Of a stretch of 64,000 nt of DNA, positions 1-10,106 are shown one piece after another. The notes under the pieces are model-generated. The model was not told where the DNA came from. It ran no database searches and saw only the letters and a list, made by a program, of their open reading frames with translations. The position numbers and the translations under genes were made by a program. Position 1 is the stretch's first letter. Every line of letters begins with the position of its first letter. Source of the DNA: a virus (taxonomy: Duplodnaviria; Caudoviricetes); IMG/VR virus record IMGVR_UViG_3300010397_000048, positions 730 to 64,729 of that record; one strand, written 5' to 3'.

Positions 1-182
1 GGCGTACCTATTGGACACTAACCGGAAGAGCCGTCCCGGTAAGGTGGGAGGGAAACCGTGAGCCCGGACACGTAGACCTATCCGGTTTGATGAAACACAT
101 TTAATTGAAGCAAGGAACAGATTCCCTGTAGGAAGGCTTAGCGGTAATCGAGCTGAGAAGAATACGCTAAGGGAATCTGCGA

Positions 183-255
183 GGGGATTTAGCTCATTTG
201 GTAGAGCGCTGCACTTGCAATGCAGAGGTGACGGGTTCGAATCCCGTATTCTCCA
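183..255 (+). tRNA. tRNA-Ala(TGC)
   Basis: Cloverleaf; anticodon arm CTGCA-CTTGCAA-TGCAG; T-loop TTCGAAT. Confidence 0.93.
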
Positions 256-361
256 CTCTGTAAGTCTGGAATTAACACTCGCTTATCGATTCCAGATTAA
301 GGGATAGGATACGGAATGAGCGAGTCAACATTCCTTATTCTCTAGTCACGGGAGTTCTTCT

Positions 362-553
362 ATGTTTACTTTAGCCGAGTGGCAAGCAGCTATTCGCCTA
401 GCAAAAGATGCAAGGGCCGCTTATAAAAGCAGAGTGATATCTACTCGGGAACTACGAGAAAGATTCAATACTATTAGATATGTCATTCATGAATCTGAAC
501 TTAGTAACAAACACTTTGAGTGGTTGCTAGCGAACTTGGACGACTATGAGTGA
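362..553 (+). CDS. hypothetical protein
   Basis: 63 aa ORF with GGGAG RBS; overlaps the next gene. Confidence 0.6.
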   Translation: MFTLAEWQAAIRLAKDARAAYKSRVISTRELRERFNTIRYVIHESELSNKHFEWLLANLDDYE

Positions 554-791
554 CGCGACAGAACTCAGAATTCAGATTACTCATTTGAATCAGGAAGCAC
601 ATAAAATCATTCTGAATCTGCGACAAGCTAAAGCGAAGTTAGAAGAATTGGCTACTGCTTACGGAAATGTTAGTCCGGAATTAGAGTATGTCGAATTCAT
701 GCTAGCTGCCGCAGAGAAAATGATTGACGAACCGTTGCAGGCAATTCACACTTCTGTTCATCGTGCTAATGAATGGGCAACGAATTTATAA
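546..791 (+). CDS. small helical-hairpin (WXG100-like) family protein, copy 1
   Basis: MSDATELRIQI...ANEWATNL; shares N- and C-terminal pattern with 9 other ORFs. Confidence 0.7.
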   Translation: MSDATELRIQITHLNQEAHKIILNLRQAKAKLEELATAYGNVSPELEYVEFMLAAAEKMIDEPLQAIHTSVHRANEWATNL

Positions 792-1035
792 GCTAATGGG
801 AGCATGACTGATGGCCGCGCGGCAGTTTCTCCCATTACAGGCCGCACCAATGTGGCATGGGCGAGAGCCGAATAACATGGGCCTAGGTGACGGGTATAAA
901 GTCATGTAACATAGAGAATCAAAGAGAACACTAACCTCTGTATTCCTATGATTCAGAATTGTGGCGGGCACAGAGTCCTAGGTAGATGTGTCACGCTCTT
1001 AGATAACGGAATGCAAGTAGCTCTCTCTGATTCCG

Positions 1036-1106
1036 GATCCTATGACCGAATGGCTAGGTAGCGGACTGCAAATCCGCGTATTCCGGTTCGAATCCGGATA
1101 GGGTCT
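1036..1106 (+). tRNA. tRNA-Cys(GCA)
   Basis: GCGGA-CTGCAAA-TCCGC; U73 discriminator. Confidence 0.92.
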
Positions 1107-1143
1107 CTTTAACCATTTCACCTTAAGGGAGGGTAGATAAGAA

Positions 1144-1395
1144 ATGGCAAGTGCTGCCGAAATGAAGGTAAAGGTAGCGTCGGCTGTTGCGGATGCTCAG
1201 CAGGCACAGCAAGCATTGTTCGGTGCAATTCAGAAAATCAACGATGCAATCAGCGTATTGGTAACGGTTTCTGATAATGCAGTTCTCATGGAAGCTATCA
1301 GCGCACTCCGCAATGCTGATCAGGAAATCACAACCGCAACAAACGAAATCACTCGTGCGGCTGATCGAGCAAACGCTTACGCCGCTCCACTCTAG
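1144..1395 (+). CDS. small helical-hairpin family protein, copy 2
   Basis: MASAAEMKVKV...ANAYAAPL; A/Q-rich heptads. Confidence 0.75.
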   Translation: MASAAEMKVKVASAVADAQQAQQALFGAIQKINDAISVLVTVSDNAVLMEAISALRNADQEITTATNEITRAADRANAYAAPL

Positions 1396-1435
1396 GGGGA
1401 GACGTCGTAAAATGAACGGTCCTGGAAAACACAGT

Positions 1436-1696
1436 ATGGACAATGATGCCGTTATTCTGCGCGGGCACCTTGGAGGCATTTCTCTAAAAATCAATGAGCA
1501 GATTACAGCATTGAATTTAGCTGCTCTGGAATTAAGAGATGCAGCAGAGGAAATTTTGGCAATTCGAACCACTGATGATAAAGTGAATTCGGCTGCTGGA
1601 ATTATGACTAATCGAGTGGTTGAAGATATCAAACGATCTGTTGCACAAGTCATCGCTATTAGAGCTGAGCTAGAAAGGTTCAGGGGGAGTCTGTAA
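1436..1696 (+). CDS. small helical-hairpin family protein, copy 3
   Basis: MDNDAVILRGHL...LERFRGSL; internal ATG of ORF 1277..1696. Confidence 0.6.
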   Translation: MDNDAVILRGHLGGISLKINEQITALNLAALELRDAAEEILAIRTTDDKVNSAAGIMTNRVVEDIKRSVAQVIAIRAELERFRGSL

Positions 1697-1998
1697 TGCC
1701 TAACCGATCCGAATACCAAATTCGATACGGTACCGGAAAGAAGGATGGCCGTCCCAACACTGGAGCAAAGCGAGCTGTTCGACAAGCCAAGCGCAATGAG
1801 GCGGAGAGACGGAACGCAAATTCTCCAGAATCTAAGCGTCGGCAGTATTGGCGAGAGCGTGGTTTTGTGAACGAGTCGCACGCTGCCCGCGTAGTGAAAT
1901 CGGCAGTAGCGGAAGGCAACGTGATCAGTAAAACGATCATCCCTGACCTAGATCCACTGGAACACGGGCTCGCTGCCTACGCTCCTCATAGTAGTTGA
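1696..1998 (+). CDS. basic hypothetical protein
   Basis: TAATG coupling to the upstream gene; R/K-rich. Confidence 0.6.
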   Translation: MPNRSEYQIRYGTGKKDGRPNTGAKRAVRQAKRNEAERRNANSPESKRRQYWRERGFVNESHAARVVKSAVAEGNVISKTIIPDLDPLEHGLAAYAPHSS

Positions 1999-2175
1999 TC
2001 TAGCTCAGAGCCACGCTAACAAGATCAAAAACGGCTACCCTTACTAGACCATACGTAGGGTAGTTTTCTTCGCTCAGGGAGCCTCTGAGGGGGTTTCCTG
2101 AGGTCAAAGTTTTACACCCTGTTACAGGGTGTTCAGAGACAGGGTTACTCGTAAGTAATAAAGGAAGTTAAGATC

Positions 2176-2343
2176 ATGAAGGTTGGGCAAGTAATAAGTA
2201 ACGTGACTTGGCTAGTGCTAGCGCTCCTAGTGATCTTAGGTAGCATGCCTGGATTAGCACTAGCATGGATTCTGTTCTCAATCAGTCTTCTAGTGCTAAT
2301 CCTCTTTGTTCTTGTGGCAGTTCTTCGCACCGAGAAAGGGTAA
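2176..2343 (+). CDS. small two-TM membrane protein
   Basis: MKVGQVISNVTWLVLALLVILGSMPGLALAWILFSISLLVLILFVLVAVLRTEKG; AAGGA RBS; below the ORF-track cutoff. Confidence 0.6.
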   Translation: MKVGQVISNVTWLVLALLVILGSMPGLALAWILFSISLLVLILFVLVAVLRTEKG

Positions 2344-2347
2344 ACTG

Positions 2348-2569
2348 ATGGCATCTGGAATCCCTAAGCGTGCAATGAATCCTAAAAACAAGGAAAAGCG
2401 CGCACGTAACAAAGCAAAGAACGAAAAGCTTAAGCCGCAGCGGATTGCTGAACAGGAAGCAAGAGAAGCCAATAACAAGAAACTGGGTTCCACTGGCAAA
2501 CAGCGTGCCAATGAAACAGCGAAAGAGAAAAAGGCTCCTGTAACCCAGGAAGACCTATTGGAGATGTAA
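2348..2569 (+). CDS. basic hypothetical protein
   Basis: MASGIPKR..., K-rich; AAAGGG RBS. Confidence 0.6.
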   Translation: MASGIPKRAMNPKNKEKRARNKAKNEKLKPQRIAEQEAREANNKKLGSTGKQRANETAKEKKAPVTQEDLLEM

Positions 2570-2572
2570 TAA

Positions 2573-2821
2573 TTGGACGTTGCCGAAGTTAAAACTAGGA
2601 TCGATACCGCAGAGCGTGAAATCAATAATGCAGCCAATCTAGTACAGCAGGCAATTTACATGTTGGATACGGCGCATACTGAAATCGTGTTAGTTCGTGC
2701 GACTTCTCATGATCCTTTGGGATTGGCACAATTGAACGATATGCGTGAACAGCTAGAGCGTGTAATTGCTCAGCGGGGCGGAGTCATAGATAGTCTGAAT
2801 AACTACAAGGTAAATCTGTAA
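2573..2821 (+). CDS. small helical-hairpin family protein, copy 4
   Basis: MDVAEVKTRI...LNNYKVNL. Confidence 0.7.
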   Translation: MDVAEVKTRIDTAEREINNAANLVQQAIYMLDTAHTEIVLVRATSHDPLGLAQLNDMREQLERVIAQRGGVIDSLNNYKVNL

Positions 2822-2880
2822 GACTTGGAATAGGGAGAATACAGAACCGTAAATGAAAACGGGCACTCTCTATTCCTCTT

Positions 2881-2954
2881 ACGCCTATAGCTCAGGGGAC
2901 AGAGCACCGGGTTTCTACCCCGGGTTGTCGCGGGTTCGAATCCTGCTAGGCGTA
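2881..2954 (+). tRNA. tRNA-Arg(TCT)
   Basis: CCGGG-TTTCTAC-CCCGG; acceptor ACGCCTA/TAGGCGT. Confidence 0.88.
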
Positions 2955-3299
2955 CGTAAGTAGAAAGGAGAATAAACCATGTGGAATGTAATCCTTCAAA
3001 TTGTTTTCACTCTTCAGGTGGTTTGGCAAACATATGTCGATCATTATGATTGGTGAAGTAATTCGTTGTTACTGGTGTCATGCACCCAAACAAGAATGGA
3101 ATATGCTTTGTGAGCGATGTCATCGTCATCCCCCAAAGTGAAGAACAGGAAGATCGAGCAGCGTCTATTCAGCCTCTACATTTAGAAGCCGGTACATGGC
3201 GCTGGAATCCAAATTGGGAAGCTAGTGAATATCATTGGCTTAAATGTGGAGAGGTAATTCCTAAGAATTCCCTCTGTCAAGTATGTGGAGAAAGAGTAA

Positions 3300-3737
3300 A
3301 TGGATAGCGACGAATTGCGTACCGAAGTTGAACGAGCAGAATTAGCACTCCACACTGCTGCCCAACAGATTCGAAATCAGGAAGCTCTAGCGCTCGAAGA
3401 TGTTGGTAGAGCAATCAATGCTGCCCGTAAAGAAATAGAGTATGCAGTGCGTACCGTCTTGGATGTTCTTCATAACATTGATGATGCGAAGTCTGTTACT
3501 GTTCGTGCAATGTCGGGTAGTGCGCAAATTGGATTGGTCGCCGAAGCCCATACCCAGATTGAGGAAGCGGATATCGATCAAAGAGACATGGTACAGAAAT
3601 TGTATGCAATTAAACAGTCTCTAGATAACATTATGACTGGCATTCTTCCTGTTGCAACTCGCGATAAGGATAATGATGCAGCAAAACTTTCTGGTGCGGA
3701 AGCGAAACTGCGAGGATATCGCAGCACTATTCCCTAG
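3300..3737 (+). CDS. helical-hairpin family protein, long variant (copy 5)
   Basis: MDSDELRTEV...LRGYRSTIP; 145 aa coiled coil. Confidence 0.65.
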   Translation: MDSDELRTEVERAELALHTAAQQIRNQEALALEDVGRAINAARKEIEYAVRTVLDVLHNIDDAKSVTVRAMSGSAQIGLVAEAHTQIEEADIDQRDMVQKLYAIKQSLDNIMTGILPVATRDKDNDAAKLSGAEAKLRGYRSTIP

Positions 3738-3745
3738 GGGTTAAA

Positions 3746-4363
3746 TTGAAAGAGCTAACTCCCGGTTCCGGTAAAAAACCAGTTGGTTGGCAATTTGTTT
3801 TTGATCAGTTCAATCGATTACGAGCAATTGCTAAAAAGGCTGGCGTCAATGTCGAAGGCTGGGCACTGTATCATCCTGATGGAATTAAGGAACGTTTTCG
3901 TCACGGCTGGGAGATGCGATATTCAATTACGGATGTCCATCAACGAATTTTCTTAGCCTATGATGCAAGGGAAGCGGCAAAAGTAATTCACTCCATGATT
4001 CCGTTGTATCCTATTCATCAACGTACCGTAAAATCAGAAGTCAAACCTGTGGTAAAACGGAATCCAGCAACTGATCCCGTTATTATCAGTAAAATGTTTG
4101 AAGAATGGAGTGTGTCAGTGAAAAAGGTTGGCCATTCCATTAGTCCTTCTGAATGGGAAAAGGTGTATGCTCCTAAGTTCAGATTGCTGAGTCAACAAGC
4201 AGGAATCTTACCTATGAGCATTCGTCAATATCTTACAAATCATCCGCATGCTCAATATTGGCCAGCTCCTCCAACTAGTCAGGAACAGTTGCGAAGACGT
4301 AACGAGGAATTGCAACGAATGGTTCGTGAGCAGGAAGCACGTAAGCGTCAAGATTACTTATGA
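3746..4363 (+). CDS. hypothetical protein
   Basis: 205 aa ORF in operon. Confidence 0.65.
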   Translation: MKELTPGSGKKPVGWQFVFDQFNRLRAIAKKAGVNVEGWALYHPDGIKERFRHGWEMRYSITDVHQRIFLAYDAREAAKVIHSMIPLYPIHQRTVKSEVKPVVKRNPATDPVIISKMFEEWSVSVKKVGHSISPSEWEKVYAPKFRLLSQQAGILPMSIRQYLTNHPHAQYWPAPPTSQEQLRRRNEELQRMVREQEARKRQDYL

Positions 4364-4794
4364 CCGATGCCGAAGAAATACGTGCAGCACTTAGAGTAGT
4401 AGCTGAGACTCTAAGCCAAGCAAGGGATTCCGGTACACTGGCGACAGCTAATGTGCAGGACACAATTAGTCAGATAAATGATGCTGTTATCCATTTGCTA
4501 GATTCTCGTAATCATGCAACTAGGCAGATTGAATCCCTGAAGGTTTTGGCTAAGCAGATTGAGGCGATTGCTGAGAGATCGCTCAATGCTGATCTTGTAG
4601 ATTCGCTGAACAAGATCTACATTGCAACAAAAGATGTAACAGAATATCGTGACCGAATTCAATTCCAGATCAATAATCTGCAAAAGATTTCGGCTGTTAT
4701 TCGAATGCAACTTCAACCCCTAATTGAGACACCTACAAAAGTACTACTCACTGAAGTAGATCAAATTCTAGAGCAATACGCTCTAGGGCTCTAA
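4360..4794 (+). CDS. helical-hairpin family protein, long variant (copy 6)
   Basis: MTDAEEIRAAL...LEQYALGL. Confidence 0.7.
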   Translation: MTDAEEIRAALRVVAETLSQARDSGTLATANVQDTISQINDAVIHLLDSRNHATRQIESLKVLAKQIEAIAERSLNADLVDSLNKIYIATKDVTEYRDRIQFQINNLQKISAVIRMQLQPLIETPTKVLLTEVDQILEQYALGL

Positions 4795-4819
4795 TCCCGG
4801 GAAAGGGGAATTGTAACAA

Positions 4820-6352
4820 ATGGCTAGTGACTCCGATTTCCAGCGTAAGCTTCTCGAAGGTCTGCTTTCTGATTTCGGTAAGCAGAATACGCAGCAGGCA
4901 AGATTGCAGCAGGATGCATTGGCTGCGCTTGATGCCCTGGGTGCGCAAACTGTAAAGGAAGATGGAATCGTTTTCGAAGGAACGAAGATTGTTCTTCCGG
5001 CACAGTTCGACGGTAATCTCGACGCCGCTGCTGATTTCCTTCACGATTTGCATGCGCAAGAGGAAGAGGAATTCGAATTCGGTCGTGACTTCAAGTATCG
5101 TCCATGGGACGGCGCTGCGGCATTTGATCGGGCGCTTTATCGCGTATTCGGTACTACTGGATTCGGAAAGGCTACGCAAAGTTTCTTTGGGCCGCGACCT
5201 CCGAAGCGTATTTCCATTGCAGTAGGCCCGAATAAGACGATTCAAGTTCCATGGGGTAAAGTTTCCATGCCTCTGTTGGATGCTGAATTCACTCTCGGTG
5301 CAATGGGTGATGAGGAGTACGGATCACTTTTCTACCTTTCGGTAGTTGCACCTAAGAAGCGTAGAAAGGCACTTGAAGGATTCTTCGATGTGGTAGCCGA
5401 TGAATTGAAGAATCGTTCGATTTACAAGGGTAAGGCGTTCAATGGCGCTGAGCAGCCGGAATTCTTGGATCTGTCCAAGCTGGACGAATCCAAGGTTGTT
5501 TACGCCGATGACGTATTGGCTCAGCTCGATGCAAATCTGTGGGGCCTGATCGAGCATACTGACACCATGGTCAAGTTGGGAATTCCTCTGAAGCGGGCAG
5601 TTTTGCTTGAAGGTCCGTATGGTACTGGTAAGTCTCTCGCTGGTGTTTTGACCGCAAAGCGTGCCGAAGAGCATGGCTGGACATTCATTATCGCCCGTCC
5701 TGGCAAGGATAACGTATTCGATGTTCTCAATACTGCAAAGCTTTATGCTCCTGCGGTTGTGCAATTTGAGGATATCGATACGATTGCAACAGATGGTTCG
5801 GATCGACACATCTCGAAGTTGCTCGATGCGCTTGACGGAATCAGCAATAAGACTAATGGTGTTCTGGCACTATTCACTACGAACCATGTGGAAAAGATTC
5901 AGAAGGGTGTTATGCGTCCTGGTCGAATTGATTCCATCATTCATATTGCCGACCTCGACCGTAACGGTATCGAGCGTGCTATTCGAGCCAATGTGGATAC
6001 TTCGGTTCTCGGAGACGTCGATTACGATGTCGTGTTCGCTGAAATGCATGGATTCCTTCCGGCATTTGTGGTCGAGGCTGTAAACCGTGCAGTTCGCTAT
6101 GCGGTTTCTCGAAATCACGGTAGTGCGCAATTCACCATCGAAACTGACGACGTTGTACGTGCTGCTCAGGGCCTACGTCGTCAGCTCGAATTGATGAACG
6201 ATGCTCAGGAAGGTACTCGCGATAAGGTCACTGTGGATGGTGCTCTTAGCCGAGTGGTTGAAGCAGCTATCGAAGCGAAGCTAGATAAGGCTAAGCTCCT
6301 GGATTACGATGGCGATTTCAATGGTAATCTTCAGGTAGTTAGTGAGGATTAA
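4820..6352 (+). CDS. AAA+ ATPase
   Basis: Walker A GPYGTGKS, Walker B VVQFEDID, sensor TTN, arginine finger MRPGRID. Confidence 0.92.
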   Translation: MASDSDFQRKLLEGLLSDFGKQNTQQARLQQDALAALDALGAQTVKEDGIVFEGTKIVLPAQFDGNLDAAADFLHDLHAQEEEEFEFGRDFKYRPWDGAAAFDRALYRVFGTTGFGKATQSFFGPRPPKRISIAVGPNKTIQVPWGKVSMPLLDAEFTLGAMGDEEYGSLFYLSVVAPKKRRKALEGFFDVVADELKNRSIYKGKAFNGAEQPEFLDLSKLDESKVVYADDVLAQLDANLWGLIEHTDTMVKLGIPLKRAVLLEGPYGTGKSLAGVLTAKRAEEHGWTFIIARPGKDNVFDVLNTAKLYAPAVVQFEDIDTIATDGSDRHISKLLDALDGISNKTNGVLALFTTNHVEKIQKGVMRPGRIDSIIHIADLDRNGIERAIRANVDTSVLGDVDYDVVFAEMHGFLPAFVVEAVNRAVRYAVSRNHGSAQFTIETDDVVRAAQGLRRQLELMNDAQEGTRDKVTVDGALSRVVEAAIEAKLDKAKLLDYDGDFNGNLQVVSED

Positions 6353-6420
6353 TATCCTTGGGTTGTGCTTAGGGTATCCCTGAGCATTTCCCTAGAGTAT
6401 TACTCTACAAAGGAGGCTAA

Positions 6421-6723
6421 ATGTCACCGGGAAAAAGGTACCTTAATCTACTCAGAATTGAGTATGAGGATCTGATTAGGGCAGCCGAATTCGATGTCAA
6501 TCATGTCTGGGATTTGTTGAGTCGGTATGTGTATGCCCCGGCTGAATTCTCTGAGTACATGCGAAAGATTGGTCAGGCCAAATCAGACATCGAATATTAT
6601 AGGAAAAAGCTACAAGAGTTAGGGGGAGCTGAGAATGGGAGTCCCAATCCCACAGAATCTAAAAAGGATTCTGAATCTCCAATGCCTGGATTCAAAGGGG
6701 TTTCATGCACCACCGTTATGTAG
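6421..6723 (+). CDS. hypothetical protein
   Basis: AGGAGG RBS. Confidence 0.55.
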   Translation: MSPGKRYLNLLRIEYEDLIRAAEFDVNHVWDLLSRYVYAPAEFSEYMRKIGQAKSDIEYYRKKLQELGGAENGSPNPTESKKDSESPMPGFKGVSCTTVM

Positions 6724-6732
6724 GAATACCCC

Positions 6733-6972
6733 GTGGCAGTAGTAGTATTAGATGTTCCGAAAGCAGCCTGGAATAACGTAGTAATTCAATGCGTTGTATT
6801 AGGACTGGACTACACACCCGATGATCATAGAGAGAAAGGGAATACAGTAGTCGAAATTACGGGAACATGGGAAAAGTTAAATACAGTGGTCGCCCGAATC
6901 AAAAGAAGGGGACCAGAACTCCCAGAACTATTGGCTGTTATGGAAAGCAAACCATTAGACGTATTGGGGTGA
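6733..6972 (+). CDS. hypothetical protein
   Basis: 79 aa ORF in operon. Confidence 0.55.
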   Translation: MAVVVLDVPKAAWNNVVIQCVVLGLDYTPDDHREKGNTVVEITGTWEKLNTVVARIKRRGPELPELLAVMESKPLDVLG

Positions 6973-6975
6973 GAG

Positions 6976-7542
6976 ATGGGTAGTGGTTACAATGAATCTC
7001 TTGCTGCTAGTAGATCAGCGCGGGGAAAAGCGGATACTCGTACCCCCATTCATTTCTACTTAGCAGTGCCCTATTACGAATACGATTTGGGATGTGGCAA
7101 GAATGCCCATCTCCATACGTTTCAATCACGTACACCAATCGATGATGGTGATTGGGTGTGGTGTTCTGGGTGCCAAGAATTCAGGGAAGTAACTACCGAA
7201 CCTATGAATCGTCCGACTTCAACGGACGAAGTAGTAGCTTTTGAACAAGATAAAGGAATCCTGCGATATCGTATCGCTCTGCAATTACAGGATATGGGGT
7301 TCGTGGATAATGAAGCGGATGTCGCTGTTCTTGCAGTAGAGTTTGGTGTTCCTGTAGCAGAAATCAAAAGAATTAATGCAGGACTAAAGGCACCAGAAGG
7401 ACTTTCTGGATTACCAGAAATGTGCTCAAAAGGTTTGCACGAAATGACGGTGGACAATATCTCACTCAACGGTGCTGGTCGTCGAAATTGCAAAGCTTGT
7501 AAAACTGAAGCACAGCGAGCTAGACGTGCTGCTCGGAAGTGA
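6976..7542 (+). CDS. Zn-finger-containing protein
   Basis: CSGC and C-terminal CSKGLHEMT...RNCKAC motif seen on actinophage HNH/DNA-binding proteins. Confidence 0.65.
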   Translation: MGSGYNESLAASRSARGKADTRTPIHFYLAVPYYEYDLGCGKNAHLHTFQSRTPIDDGDWVWCSGCQEFREVTTEPMNRPTSTDEVVAFEQDKGILRYRIALQLQDMGFVDNEADVAVLAVEFGVPVAEIKRINAGLKAPEGLSGLPEMCSKGLHEMTVDNISLNGAGRRNCKACKTEAQRARRAARK

Positions 7543-7578
7543 AGCGCCGTTCCCCTGTCATAATTAGGAGGTAACCAG

Positions 7579-7836
7579 TTGGGGAGCAAGACTCAACACC
7601 CTGTCACTGGAAACGGTAATAGAACTAGAGAATTGCAGGTCAGTGAGGTTCTTACTCATCCGATGGCTGCCTCTGAAAAGGGACCATCTAGAAATAGATG
7701 GCGATACCGTTTCCTCAGAGTAACAAAATATCCTAGTCCTGATCGACCGGACAGTGGTCGATTGCTAGTGGAAAACATAGTCACAGGTAAACGTACCGAT
7801 CATTACGCAATTTTGTTTAATGTGAGGTTTCAGTGA
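7579..7836 (+). CDS. hypothetical protein
   Basis: AGGAGG RBS. Confidence 0.55.
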   Translation: MGSKTQHPVTGNGNRTRELQVSEVLTHPMAASEKGPSRNRWRYRFLRVTKYPSPDRPDSGRLLVENIVTGKRTDHYAILFNVRFQ

Positions 7837-8372
7837 TATTTGTTATGACTTTTCTAGTGTTTGCAGCGGTTTTATTTCTTATGGGTCTACCAACAATTCC
7901 AAAAAGATCTAAGAAAGTAAAGAGTAGTCGGGGTATTATTGAGCTAGCTCCTTTACCTAAAAACAAATTACCAGTCATTAACTCTTCCTATGAGGAGTTG
8001 GAGAGTTGGTATAATACTACTCAGACATTAGAGGCTGAAAATAAAAAACTCAGAGCTGAGATAGTATCTTACGAATCTAGATATTCACCTCATTTAGATT
8101 TCAAAAACACACTAGATGCTCAGAGATTAAGAAATGAAGTTTTTAAACTTAGAGATAGAGTCGCGGAGTTAGAAGAAAGTAATCGTAAAGATCTTTTAGC
8201 GCTCTTACCTAATGGTCCGGCTGAGTTGCCGGATAATCCCTGGGTGACAACTACTTTCCATTTCCGAGGCAGAGAACTAACGGAATGGGAGCAACACATG
8301 GAAAAAGAATCAAAAGTTCTTAAAAATGTGCCAGCTTATCACACGATTAATTCCATAGGACGGCAATCGTAG
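7833..8372 (+). CDS. membrane-anchored coiled-coil protein
   Basis: N-terminal hydrophobic helix followed by heptads. Confidence 0.6.
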   Translation: MIFVMTFLVFAAVLFLMGLPTIPKRSKKVKSSRGIIELAPLPKNKLPVINSSYEELESWYNTTQTLEAENKKLRAEIVSYESRYSPHLDFKNTLDAQRLRNEVFKLRDRVAELEESNRKDLLALLPNGPAELPDNPWVTTTFHFRGRELTEWEQHMEKESKVLKNVPAYHTINSIGRQS

Positions 8373-8770
8373 TGCTTTTACTAGCAGGATTAGCAGCATG
8401 GATTGCAACATCGACCATTGTGGAAGCTGAGATTTTCCGTGATGTTCGTGAAGGTTGCGATAAGGTACACGAGAAATATAATAATTGGTGGAGTTACAAG
8501 CTTAGATACCTAGTTCATTGTCATATGTGCACTGGTATTTGGGTGTCGGCAATTGTAGCTTTATTCATTCCAGCTTTTGTGTCTGGGGGCCTATTTGGCT
8601 GGGCACTTACTGCTTTGGCGATCAAAGGAATTGCTCATTCATTCCTGGTTCTTCAGAAGCTAGGTGAATCTGTCACCAATGCCCATCAGGCAAAGGCAGA
8701 CGCGCTTGAATGGGATTTGGTGGACCGTAAGGAATGGAAAGAAAGAGCACTTGCAAACGATGTGGACTGA
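8372..8770 (+). CDS. DUF1360-like membrane protein
   Basis: IF..VR...LVHCHMCTGIWVS motif flanked by TM helices. Confidence 0.65.
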   Translation: MLLLAGLAAWIATSTIVEAEIFRDVREGCDKVHEKYNNWWSYKLRYLVHCHMCTGIWVSAIVALFIPAFVSGGLFGWALTALAIKGIAHSFLVLQKLGESVTNAHQAKADALEWDLVDRKEWKERALANDVD

Positions 8771-8896
8771 CTGTTCGCCAATTCGTATTGGTGAGTGGTA
8801 GAGGTAAAAAGCGCACTGCGTGGTGTGCTTTAATCAAGGGTGTTTGGACAGAAGCATGTCCAGCAACCATTTTCCTAGATAGGGCTCATAAAGCAA

Positions 8897-9349
8897 ATGA
8901 GTAATCTCGCAGAAGATCTGAGAGAAAAAACCACTGCTGAGGTAGCGGTAGTGGCCGATGCAACAGAATGGCTAGATTCCGATGGTAATCAGCTAACGGT
9001 TGGTGCCCCGGTTTATGTAGCAGTTAATCTGCTTTCTGGTCAATGGGATTGGGTAAACGATCAAGATACGTGGGTTCCTAATCGAGTATTCGATACTGGT
9101 ACTGTAGAATCGTTGAATCCTGATGGAACTGTTTCTGTGAATTGGGATGCTGCTGGTTGCAGTTGTTTCGATGCGCGTGTTGAAAAGCCTTCAGATCTAA
9201 CCACTTCTGATCTGGAAAGCGTAATGGAATTGGCGGAAATTGTTGACGCTGTTCGTGAACAGGGTTATGAGACAGGGAAAAAGGCAGCTCAGAGAGAATT
9301 GCGAACTGTCTTAGGACTTCCGCATCCCTCAGACGAAAACAACAACTGA
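8897..9349 (+). CDS. hypothetical protein
   Basis: 150 aa acidic ORF. Confidence 0.65.
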   Translation: MSNLAEDLREKTTAEVAVVADATEWLDSDGNQLTVGAPVYVAVNLLSGQWDWVNDQDTWVPNRVFDTGTVESLNPDGTVSVNWDAAGCSCFDARVEKPSDLTTSDLESVMELAEIVDAVREQGYETGKKAAQRELRTVLGLPHPSDENNN

Positions 9350-9377
9350 AAAACAAAAGCCCAGAAATGGGCTCCAT

Positions 9378-9450
9378 GGTCTCATAGCTTAACGGTTAGA
9401 GCACCACCCTGTCACGGTGGGTTATGCGGGTTCGAATCCCGTTGAGATCG
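9378..9450 (+). tRNA. tRNA-Asp(GTC)
   Basis: CCACC-CTGTCAC-GGTGG. Confidence 0.93.
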
Positions 9451-9485
9451 CGCTTTTCCCTTTTACTAGTGAAAGGAATGGGAAA

Positions 9486-9920
9486 ATGTTCGGTAGCAAT
9501 AAGGTACGAGAAGTTCCTTATGACGGTAGAAGTTATGTATGGCCAGAACCAGCAAAATCCGTGTCTTTTGAAACGGAAAATTGGTCAGAAGCTAATCACT
9601 CGAAGGTAGCAACAAAGACTCCGGTTGAGGAACCAGTTTCCAAAGTCGTGAAAAGTCGTATTCGTGTACAGCTTTCGCGTCCATTGACGTGGGCTGAGAA
9701 AGAATGGTTGGAAACCGATAAGCTAGATCCTCATTCTCGTCGTATTGACGGAAGCGAAGGTCTTAAGGTTTGGGTTTCTCCGAACAAAGAACATGTTTGG
9801 GCAGAAGAGTTCCTCGGATCTCGCGTCCTGTTTGAATTGGTCGCAGCAGTTCTAGAAGAAGCTTTTGTAAACGTGTTCCCAAAGGCAGTTCGTACATTTC
9901 GCGAATACAACGGAGAGTAA
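9486..9920 (+). CDS. hypothetical protein
   Basis: Start moved downstream of the tRNA (MFGSNK...). Confidence 0.6.
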   Translation: MFGSNKVREVPYDGRSYVWPEPAKSVSFETENWSEANHSKVATKTPVEEPVSKVVKSRIRVQLSRPLTWAEKEWLETDKLDPHSRRIDGSEGLKVWVSPNKEHVWAEEFLGSRVLFELVAAVLEEAFVNVFPKAVRTFREYNGE

Positions 9921-10033
9921 TCCGTAAAGCAATAAATGCGAGAACATTCCTCGTGTATTAAAGGAAATAACTGCGCCGCGTTAAAAGGCAGTGGATGTGG
10001 GGAATCTCCGAGGAATTCCCGCGACATCTTTAA

Positions 10034-10105
10034 AGGCGTATAGCTCAGTGGGAGAGCAACTCGTTTACACCGAGAAGGTCGGGGGTTCAAATCCCTCTAT
10101 GCCTA
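10034..10105 (+). tRNA. tRNA-Val(TAC)
   Basis: CTCG-TTTACAC-CGAG; T-loop TTCAAAT. Confidence 0.9.
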
Positions 10106-10106
10106 C

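Noticed and set aside
1123-1881. 252-aa minus-strand ORF and similar antisense ORFs in both arms
   Set aside because: Shadows of well-supported opposite-strand genes; each arm is uniformly oriented.
2881-2954. Possible amber suppressor (CTA) reading of this tRNA
   Set aside because: The 5-bp stem CCGGG/CCCGG fixes the loop as TTTCTAC, giving anticodon TCT; genes also end normally at TAG, so there is no sign of recoding.
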